From positions 160,001 through 224,000 of IMG/VR virus record IMGVR_UViG_3300048861_000178: 64,000 bases of DNA; one strand, written 5' to 3'. The stretch comes from a virus. Lineage: Duplodnaviria > Caudoviricetes. The translations under genes were made by a program, and so were the position numbers. The notes under the pieces are model-generated. The model worked only from the letters and a program-made list of their open reading frames with translations, was not told the DNA's origin and did not search any database. Shown piece by piece: positions 1-7,147 of this stretch (the first letter of the stretch is position 1; each line of letters starts with the position of its first letter).

Positions 1-39
1 AACCTCTCCCGCTTATGACATCAAACAAGGAGCAATAAA

Positions 40-489
40 ATGCAAGCAGCGATTGACACTGTACTGGCGCGAGTTGAAAAAGAAGAGGATGTCACGGTCG
101 AGCATCTCGTACCTATCCTCACCTATCTGCGCGATGACGCGATTCTGAATAAGTTTCTCTCGGAACTAGCCACGGAAGACGGCCACCGCCCTACGGTAGA
201 TGGTTACTGGGATATTACCGATGAGATCGTGGCGAAGTTCCCCGAGTACGATCCGCGCATCCTGAACGCCATTCAAGGTTATATCCAGAATACCTCGATC
301 TTCGTCACGGCCCTGGTGAAGGATCACGACGAGCGTTTCCAGCTCGAACATGCCGCGATCAAGCGCCTCAAGGACGAGGGCATCGACGTCTTTATTGACT
401 TCGACGAGTACGATGACGGCAGCGAGTTTTCCGGTGAACTCTACGCCAACGTCACTTACGTGTTCGAGACTTTCGATCTGCAAACCTAA
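40..489 (+). CDS. hypothetical phage protein
   Basis: 149-aa ORF, AGGAG SD upstream of ATG, phage-typical codon usage. Confidence 0.8.
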   Translation: MQAAIDTVLARVEKEEDVTVEHLVPILTYLRDDAILNKFLSELATEDGHRPTVDGYWDITDEIVAKFPEYDPRILNAIQGYIQNTSIFVTALVKDHDERFQLEHAAIKRLKDEGIDVFIDFDEYDDGSEFSGELYANVTYVFETFDLQT

Positions 490-491
490 CC

Positions 492-881
492 GTGCGACAG
501 GGACTGTGTAAAATGGTAAAGAAGAATTTGGAATACCTGTCGAACACCGATAGTCACACGCTGGACGAGATGTATCAGCAGCTGCGCGATTATGGGGCGA
601 CCGACGAGATGTTCGAGCACCTGTGCGATACGGTGAAAGCTCAACACGATCGTTTCGGCGAACTGAAGATCAGCCAGGGCCTCGGAATCGATCGCACCGC
701 CACGGTTACCCACAGCGAGACGGGCGAAGACATTGCGTGTGAGCTGATCGTCTTTCACATGGACATCTCCCGCGCCAGTGAGCCTGAGGTCATGGTCAAT
801 CGCGTCGTGGTGGGCTTCATGCTCAAAGACGGCAAGATCGACCAAATGGTCCAGATGGATAGCGAACAGGTGGCTTCATGA
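492..881 (+). CDS. hypothetical phage protein (start may be ATG 513)
   Basis: ORF packed between neighbours in a plus-strand operon. Confidence 0.75.
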   Translation: MRQGLCKMVKKNLEYLSNTDSHTLDEMYQQLRDYGATDEMFEHLCDTVKAQHDRFGELKISQGLGIDRTATVTHSETGEDIACELIVFHMDISRASEPEVMVNRVVVGFMLKDGKIDQMVQMDSEQVAS

Positions 882-967
882 AAAAGCGCTCTAGTGGCAA
901 ACTCTGGCTCTTCGTGGGCTTTCTGATCCTGGTGCTGGTCTGGGGTAACAAGTATCCGCCGCGATAG
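878..967 (+). CDS. small membrane peptide (29 aa)
   Basis: MKKRSSGKLWLFVGFLILVLVWGNKYPPR; ATGA overlap with upstream stop; fills the gap before the next gene. Confidence 0.55.
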   Translation: MKKRSSGKLWLFVGFLILVLVWGNKYPPR

Positions 968-975
968 GGGGCATA

Positions 976-1395
976 GTGGAACAAGTAGAAATCGATCGAC
1001 GACTGAAGGTCTTCGATGCGGCCGAAGAAGCCAAGCACAAGCTCGCGATTATTATCAAGGGCAATCCGAAGTATCTGCGCAACTTTCGTGTCAAGCGCCT
1101 GGCTACTTTGTTCTACGCGGAGATCCGTCGTATTCTCGAGGAGAAGGGCTATGCGGTCGAGTTCGATGACGGTAAGCCCTACACCTCCCCCAAGGTGTTC
1201 GCGGCCGTCTGGGTGGCTCATAGTCGCGGCATAGACCGTTTACGCTTCGGTCCTGACCGGATCATGAAAATTGCCCTCCAAACCGAGGACCATGACAAGG
1301 AGTTCGAGTCCAACGACGAGCGTGGTTTGTCGCGCATGCACTACATGCTCTCGGACAAGGATCGTCAAGTCCTGGATGCATTACCCAACGTATAG
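976..1395 (+). CDS. hypothetical phage protein
   Basis: 139-aa ORF, GTG start with AGGGGG SD. Confidence 0.75.
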   Translation: MEQVEIDRRLKVFDAAEEAKHKLAIIIKGNPKYLRNFRVKRLATLFYAEIRRILEEKGYAVEFDDGKPYTSPKVFAAVWVAHSRGIDRLRFGPDRIMKIALQTEDHDKEFESNDERGLSRMHYMLSDKDRQVLDALPNV

Positions 1396-1416
1396 CGAAT
1401 CTTAAAGGGGAGCACT

Positions 1417-1848
1417 GTGCCCAAATACGTCGTACTATTTGAACATCCGGATCATCCTGAGCGTCGTCGGTTTCTTTCGGCAGAACGTCGTAATTCGACG
1501 GACTGGCTCACGGACTGGATCTATGACGCGGAACGTTTCGATACGCCTGAAGAAGCACGGAAATACGGTTTACAGCTGGCCAGCGTGTCTCTTGATGATC
1601 TCGAGAACCCGCTTTGGTTAGCAAAGTTTCGCATGCTTCACCATCAAACGCTGCCCTTCGGTCAATATGGCAGCTATGTGTTTGCTGCTGCGATCATTCG
1701 CGACTACGAAATGAACGTCTGTGAGATGTACGACCGTGAGCCGCCTGGACCCAATGTCGATCCCGAGTGTCACGAGCCGACTTGGGATGTGGTTCGACCA
1801 GCAGTCACCACTGACTTCATGACTTATCAGGGTGTGTCAACCGTCTAA
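1417..1848 (+). CDS. hypothetical phage protein
   Basis: 143-aa ORF, GGGGAG SD before GTG. Confidence 0.75.
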   Translation: MPKYVVLFEHPDHPERRRFLSAERRNSTDWLTDWIYDAERFDTPEEARKYGLQLASVSLDDLENPLWLAKFRMLHHQTLPFGQYGSYVFAAAIIRDYEMNVCEMYDREPPGPNVDPECHEPTWDVVRPAVTTDFMTYQGVSTV

Positions 1849-1866
1849 CCAGGAGACCGAGCAAGC

Positions 1867-2178
1867 ATGAAAGTAAGTTTCTTCGAACGCCACTATTATG
1901 CGTTTCTGAAATGGTGGGCCAAACTGCTTCCTGGTCCGACGGGTACCAAGACTTACCGGTTTATCGAAACGCTCGTGGAGTTTCGCGAAGCCACCAATCA
2001 AGCCCTCGATAGGAAGTACCCGGACGCGCAAAGCTATAGCGCGGTACTCAATTACGTGGATAAGGGCACGCTCGCGGTGCGGGATTTCAATGGGGAGCTG
2101 GTGCGCTACTATACGCGTCAGCTAAAGGCGGTGCTGGAGCAGTATCCCCTGCCCAACAAGGAGAACAAGCGTGCTTAG
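1867..2178 (+). CDS. hypothetical phage protein
   Basis: 103-aa ORF, AGGAG SD. Confidence 0.75.
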   Translation: MKVSFFERHYYAFLKWWAKLLPGPTGTKTYRFIETLVEFREATNQALDRKYPDAQSYSAVLNYVDKGTLAVRDFNGELVRYYTRQLKAVLEQYPLPNKENKRA

Positions 2179-2221
2179 TATCTGGAAGCACGCCATGCGC
2201 TCCTAACCTTAACCTAGAATT

Positions 2222-2239
2222 TTTTGGTCCTATATCACC
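2222..2239 (+). promoter_or_regulatory. putative phiKZ-type early promoter (TATATCAC)
   Basis: TTTTGGTCCTATATCACC in an intergenic gap; resembles the phiKZ early consensus TATATTAC; similar sites at 5145 and 26272. Confidence 0.5.
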
Positions 2240-2297
2240 GCCTCGAGTTAAAGCAGCGGGCTTTGACTCTCCCTCTACTGAAACAAGGAAAACTATC

Positions 2298-3200
2298 ATG
2301 TACTACGAATTGCACAAAGACGTCCGTTCCATTTCTTTCGCCGATTATGACATGCCGAACCTGCCGATCGTCACGATCATGCCGGTGACGATCGATCCGG
2401 AGAAGAAGTTCCACAGTCTGGCTGATGTGCCGCAACACCGTATCGATCTGGTCGACGAAGCGACGGCTGAACGTGTCGCGCTGTGGCTGCGCTTCTCGGA
2501 CTTCACGTTCGATGCCACGAAGCACGACTTCGAAGGCATGTTCCGTCTGTGCGTCCGGTGGGTCGATAAGCTGCTCGAAATGTACAAGAAGAAAGGTCGG
2601 GAATATATCCTGATCGAAGAATCGAACGTAGGTAGTCCGCTGCGCTTCAGTGGTGACCGTAACGATCCGAAGCAAAACGCAGCGCGTGAACTTTGGTCGG
2701 CGATTCTGCGCGCATGCCAGCCGGGCGGTATCAATCAGTTCGGCGGCGAACACGTCGAAGGTGCATCGCTGTACTCGCGCATCGAGAACAACGAGCATTA
2801 CTACGAGCTCACGCTGCATGCGGGCCAGGGCGTGAAGTTCTACTTGACGAAGGCTGGCAAGATGGGCAACTTCTTCATGTCGAACAACGGCTATATGGGT
2901 GTGCCTGACGCCGAGGAAGGTATCGTAGCGCACGGTACGACGTGGATTCATGGTCAGGCGCACGACTTCATGTTCTCGCATCCGCTGCTCGGTCAGCAGC
3001 TGCTCGATCGCGTTTCGAAGAACGCGCTGACACAGCTCTACACAGCGAAGCTCAAGCAGCACCTGCCGTTCCTGTTCCAGAACCGTCAGAACAACGACTT
3101 CGAACTGGACTGGAACGACAACATGAAACCGTCACCGCTGCGCGTCGCGCGTCAGCAGTACCCGATGGCCTACAATCCGGGCAAGGGCGCACGTTGGTAA
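2298..3200 (+). CDS. hypothetical phage protein
   Basis: 300-aa ORF, AAGGA SD, strong codon bias. Confidence 0.85.
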   Translation: MYYELHKDVRSISFADYDMPNLPIVTIMPVTIDPEKKFHSLADVPQHRIDLVDEATAERVALWLRFSDFTFDATKHDFEGMFRLCVRWVDKLLEMYKKKGREYILIEESNVGSPLRFSGDRNDPKQNAARELWSAILRACQPGGINQFGGEHVEGASLYSRIENNEHYYELTLHAGQGVKFYLTKAGKMGNFFMSNNGYMGVPDAEEGIVAHGTTWIHGQAHDFMFSHPLLGQQLLDRVSKNALTQLYTAKLKQHLPFLFQNRQNNDFELDWNDNMKPSPLRVARQQYPMAYNPGKGARW

Positions 3201-3211
3201 GGAGAATCGCA

Positions 3212-3343
3212 GTGTTTAGTATCTGGAAGAAAGCGAGCAGCAAGTACTGTCAGGTGTGTCAGTGCGTGCGCTGGCATACCGCCGAGGGCGACTGCGTCGT
3301 CTGTATCAATCTGTTTGGAGACGACTATGGTAGCCGAGACTAA
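3212..3343 (+). CDS. small Cys-rich (zinc-ribbon-like) protein
   Basis: GTG start after AAGGAG; CQVC..RWH....CVVC. Confidence 0.55.
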   Translation: MFSIWKKASSKYCQVCQCVRWHTAEGDCVVCINLFGDDYGSRD

Positions 3344-3545
3344 AGCTCCGCCGTTGGGATTGCGCCCACGCTTTATCGTCGCTGAGCTGCGTGCGCAAGA
3401 AATCGTCGATGCGATGGAGCGCTATTTCGCTGCCAAGAAAGAGATCCCTCAGGACTGGCATGACGAGCTGGCCGAGCTCAATGAGTGGCTGTCGAACAAC
3501 GGCTACACGACATTCGAGGGTTTCACCTCTGTGAAGGTAGGGTGA
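3327..3545 (+). CDS. small phage protein
   Basis: GGAG SD; PPLGLRP...R..EI..A..RY....IP..W..EL pattern recalled from other phage hypotheticals. Confidence 0.7.
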   Translation: MVAETKAPPLGLRPRFIVAELRAQEIVDAMERYFAAKKEIPQDWHDELAELNEWLSNNGYTTFEGFTSVKVG

Positions 3546-3602
3546 AAAAAAGAAAAGGATTATCTTGTGCAGTATCCTGGTAATCCTTTCCTCGAGGTCA
3601 AC

Positions 3603-3926
3603 ATGACGCAACTCGCCAGCTTGTCTCATCTGGTGTTCTTTGTGGTCTTGGCGGTAGTGGCGCTGCAATTCTCCGACGCCATCGGGCAATATGCGATTCT
3701 CAGTAAGAGCATGGAGTCCGCATCGGAATGGATGCAGAAGGCGGTTGCGAAGTTCGGTCTGGCACCGACCATCATTACGACGAAAGTCGTGATCGTGGCC
3801 GTCGTGCTGGCATTGTACTTCCTGACGTCACTGCCGCTGTGGCTGTGGTTGGCTGCCGCTGTCTATTACCTGTATAAAACTGGTCGTTGGGCGGTAGTCT
3901 GGGCGCTCTTGAAAAAGAACGTCTGA
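3603..3926 (+). CDS. membrane protein (DUF5658-like)
   Basis: GAGG SD; three hydrophobic segments. Confidence 0.7.
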   Translation: MTQLASLSHLVFFVVLAVVALQFSDAIGQYAILSKSMESASEWMQKAVAKFGLAPTIITTKVVIVAVVLALYFLTSLPLWLWLAAAVYYLYKTGRWAVVWALLKKNV

Positions 3927-3928
3927 TG

Positions 3929-3956
3929 GCAGGGGAGCTTCGGCTCCCCTGTTATG
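3929..3956 (+). terminator. hairpin (TTCG loop) followed by TATG
   Basis: GCAGGGGAGC-TTCG-GCTCCCCTGT-TATG just after a stop codon. Confidence 0.6.
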
Positions 3957-3974
3957 ATCTTGAGTAGAAAGGAA

Positions 3975-4558
3975 ATGAACGACAAAGTTAAAACGGTGGT
4001 AGAAAATGGCTACCCCGAAGAACAGACGCCTGTCTGGTGGCGGAAGTACCGACGGCACAAAGACCATGCGAAAGACCGCGGTTTAAGCACGGAACTGTCG
4101 TTTGATCAGTACGTGGGAAAAGGCAAAGAAGCAGGCCTAAAGGGTCCGGAAGAAATCGGCGTAAAGATGGGTCAGCACCACTTGAGTCGACACGGTGATG
4201 TGGGTCCCTATCGAGACAATACGTGCCGTTTCATTACCGGCAGCGAAAATTTGATGGAAGCTCATGCCAACGGACGAGACATGACGTAAGCTTACAGTTT
4301 CGCGAAGGCATTACAAAAGAAACAGATCCTCGCGTAGCTTCCATGGCGGAAAAGAAATCCAAAGACTTTGTACTCTTTGCGCCGGATGGTACTGTCCACG
4401 AAGGACGGAATCTTTATGTATTCTGTCAGGCTAACGATTTAAATACTGGCGCCGTTTCTGGCGTGTGCAGAGGTGTGCGTCCCCAGTACAAAGGTTGGAC
4501 AGGAATGTACGGTACGCTTGAGCCTGATCTCGTTGGATATTTCGACCATGACGGCTAA
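3975..4558 (+). pseudogene. frameshifted HNH homing endonuclease (HNH-like + NUMOD/HTH DNA-binding tail)
   Basis: ORF1 has LSRHGDVGPY..NTCRFIT..EN; the overlapping -1 frame has GITKETDPRVA and FC..NDLN..AVS.VC.G.RPQYKGW; removing GA at 4278-4279 gives one 193-aa ORF. Confidence 0.7.
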
Positions 4559-4603
4559 TCATCGTGTGGGCGCTGCTGAAGAAGAACGCCTAATGGCGGA
4601 CGT

Positions 4604-4633
4604 GCGGGGGCCTTCGGGTCCCCGTTTATGCTG
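4604..4633 (+). terminator. hairpin (TTCG loop) followed by TTATG
   Basis: GCGGGGGCC-TTCG-GGTCCCCGT-TTATGCTG. Confidence 0.55.
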
Positions 4634-4699
4634 TCAATCTTTTTTTGACACGATGAGGGCATCTATTGTAGGCGTGCTTTGACACTAGGATAACAAGCA

Positions 4700-5125
4700 A
4701 TGAAAAAGACCAAAATAGTAATAGCGGGGTTTATTCTCACGATTATGTTTGCCATGCTGGTGGGCATTCCGCTAGCATTCGCACGCGGTGGTGGCGGAGG
4801 CGGTCACGGGGGCGGAGGACATGCGAGTGGTCACGCCGGTGGGGAAGGGCACAGTTCAGCCCATATAGGCTCGGTGCATGAGAGCGAAGGCGGCCACAGC
4901 AGCAGTTATCACGAAGAAACCCACGTGGTACCGAACACGTATTACGTCGGACACGGCAGCAGCTATCATGACCTGTGTCCGAACGGGGTCGAGAAGACAG
5001 AAGAACAAGGGGCGAGTGACGTAAGCGTCACCTGTAAAGGGGACTCCGGCGTGGCATCCATCCTGGGGGCATTCGTTGTACTTGGAATTCTTGCAGTCGT
5101 GCTGGCTTGGCTGCTTCCCTTCTGA
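4700..5125 (+). CDS. Gly/His-rich exported membrane-anchored protein
   Basis: signal-like N-terminus ending AFA, RGGGGGGHGGGGH tract, C-terminal TM helix. Confidence 0.75.
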   Translation: MKKTKIVIAGFILTIMFAMLVGIPLAFARGGGGGGHGGGGHASGHAGGEGHSSAHIGSVHESEGGHSSSYHEETHVVPNTYYVGHGSSYHDLCPNGVEKTEEQGASDVSVTCKGDSGVASILGAFVVLGILAVVLAWLLPF

Positions 5126-5135
5126 TTCAAACGAC

Positions 5136-5153
5136 TTTCAGCCCTATATTACC
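5136..5153 (+). promoter_or_regulatory. putative phiKZ-type early promoter (TATATTAC)
   Basis: TTTCAGCCCTATATTACC upstream of the 5.2-12.4 kb gene run. Confidence 0.55.
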
Positions 5154-5213
5154 CGTCAGAGCTAGATAAGAAAGCATCATCTAGTAGACCAATCTGACTA
5201 TGAGGTGATTACC

Positions 5214-5792
5214 ATGAGCGTCGTCGCAACCAAAGCCATCAGTGCCAAACTGTTCGTAGGAACGCTTGAACTCCACTCTCACCTGGTGGATCACACAAGC
5301 GAAGAGATCGCTGCCGACATCATCTCGGAAGTGAACAAGGTGATGGAGTCGTATCAGGCGCGTAATCCCCGCGAACCCTACGGTGCACCGCGCTTTGCCT
5401 TCGGTCGAGTGGAAGGTAGCAGCGAGAAGATTGACCTCTACGTGATGGCACCCGGTACGCCCAACACGCAAATGGGTACGGTCCATCTGAAGTGGAAGAA
5501 AACGAGCGAAGTCACCGAGCAGCTCGTGATTCGTAAGCGTGTGCAACAAACCGCTGCTATGAATGCCCACTTCACTCTCGCTGACCTGAAGACGGCGCTC
5601 AGTATTCGTCACGTATCGCTGAATAACCCGAAAAATGACCTGCTCGCGCACAGCCTCGAGTACTTCGAGATGTTGCACCGCAAGTATCCGACAGCGATCA
5701 CCTTTGATTTGGAATTGAACGATGAAGGTCTCACGATCATCGCGTACAAAGATTTCCAGCGCCATAGCGTCATCACGGCGTTCACCCAGTAA
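5214..5792 (+). CDS. hypothetical phage protein
   Basis: GAGGTG SD before ATG 5214. Confidence 0.8.
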   Translation: MSVVATKAISAKLFVGTLELHSHLVDHTSEEIAADIISEVNKVMESYQARNPREPYGAPRFAFGRVEGSSEKIDLYVMAPGTPNTQMGTVHLKWKKTSEVTEQLVIRKRVQQTAAMNAHFTLADLKTALSIRHVSLNNPKNDLLAHSLEYFEMLHRKYPTAITFDLELNDEGLTIIAYKDFQRHSVITAFTQ

Positions 5793-5817
5793 ACCATCAA
5801 ACAACAAGGAGCATGTA

Positions 5818-7059
5818 GTGTCCGAGCAAGAAAACAACAGCATCAAGTTCTACACCCGCGCAGAGCTCGATGAGTATCTGCGTGAACATTCGGCGAACGA
5901 CGAACTGGTGGATAACCTGAAGTTCGTCGACGAGAAGACGGCCGTGTGGTCCAAGCATCTCGCGCTCCATACGCACAAGAAGCAAACGCTCGACACGCCG
6001 CGCTACTCGATCGAGACTGGTCCGAACATCGTGACCATCACGCTGGAGCGCTCGGATCTGGATGAAGGCGAGCGCGCCCCGAAGTTGCAGATGATCTTTG
6101 CCGACTACGGCAAGGACGGCATCGCTGTGCGCCCGCGCGTGGAAGGCGCCATGGTCACGTACCGCATGCTCGATAGCTTCGACCAGATCACGAAAGAACT
6201 GCAGATGGGGCAGCCCGTGATCTTCACGACGCTCGAGCAGATCGTGACCTTTGTCACGCATGTTGCCGACGAGGGCAGCACGGTCAACGCTTTCCGTCAT
6301 GAGCTGGGTGATCCGCAGCAGGCGCTCGTCGAAGCCGGGGTGCCGAATCCGGCCGTGTACTTCCGCATGCAGAAGAAGGACGACAACGAAGTCGAAGTCG
6401 AAGCCTGGGGACGGGGTGATCCGGGCGAAGTCGACACCTTGCTGAAGCTCCTGGTGTTGAGCGTCGAAGTGCACAACGGCGGCTTTGCGCTGGGCATGAC
6501 GCGTGAAACCCTGCTGGCCTCGATCGAGCGCGGCAAGGAGCTGAGCCAGCGTTCGGAAGCCTGGCAGGAAGTGCGTAGTGTCGAACCCACGCCGGACGAA
6601 GCAGTTGGCACCACCACCGAAGAAGCACGGGCGCTGCTGGCACATGCCGAAGAACTGGTGGAAGCCCAGTCGCCGAGCGCGGTGCTGGTGGAAAACGCAC
6701 TGGATAACATCGTGCATGCGCAGCCGATTCGCGCGATCAAGGACGTCGAAGTCATCGGCAATGACGAGTACATGCTCGATCATTTCATCGAGCGCTTGCT
6801 CGTGTCGTTGATTAGCGAGCGCGACAAGCGTGCGCTCATCGCGTTCCGTCAGTACATCCTCGATGGCGAAGGTCTCGCTAACGTGGAAAACTGGGCGTTC
6901 CATGCTGCCTTGGTGCGCGACGGTGGCGCACATCCGTCGCAGAGCTTCCTGCGCGAAGGCAACAACGCGTATATCGCGGTCTACGATCGGGCGGTCAAGC
7001 TCGACCAAAATCAGTCACCTGCACTGGCCATCTACCAGTGCAAGGTTGACGTCGAATAA
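5818..7059 (+). CDS. hypothetical phage protein
   Basis: AAGGAG SD before GTG 5818; strong codon bias. Confidence 0.8.
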   Translation: MSEQENNSIKFYTRAELDEYLREHSANDELVDNLKFVDEKTAVWSKHLALHTHKKQTLDTPRYSIETGPNIVTITLERSDLDEGERAPKLQMIFADYGKDGIAVRPRVEGAMVTYRMLDSFDQITKELQMGQPVIFTTLEQIVTFVTHVADEGSTVNAFRHELGDPQQALVEAGVPNPAVYFRMQKKDDNEVEVEAWGRGDPGEVDTLLKLLVLSVEVHNGGFALGMTRETLLASIERGKELSQRSEAWQEVRSVEPTPDEAVGTTTEEARALLAHAEELVEAQSPSAVLVENALDNIVHAQPIRAIKDVEVIGNDEYMLDHFIERLLVSLISERDKRALIAFRQYILDGEGLANVENWAFHAALVRDGGAHPSQSFLREGNNAYIAVYDRAVKLDQNQSPALAIYQCKVDVE

Positions 7060-7075
7060 TAATTCGGGGCGATGG

Positions 7076-7108
7076 GCGAAGGGAGGTAACTCTCTTCGCT
7101 CTATGCCG
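7076..7108 (+). terminator. hairpin followed by TATGCCG
   Basis: GCGAAGGGAG-GTAA-CTCTCTTCGC-TCTATGCCG. Confidence 0.55.
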
Positions 7109-7147
7109 TCGTTACAATTGAAACCAAGAAAACAAGGACGGAATGAA

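Noticed and set aside
4645-4675. TTGACA as a sigma70 -35 box (also 62981)
   Set aside because: No -10 hexamer at 16-18 nt spacing
6830-7147. N-terminal extensions in the ORF track (also 5722, 21218, 22853, 26244, 34030, 45944, 46218, 46726, 62376)
   Set aside because: They overlap upstream genes, hairpins or promoter motifs; downstream starts fit better, most with an SD
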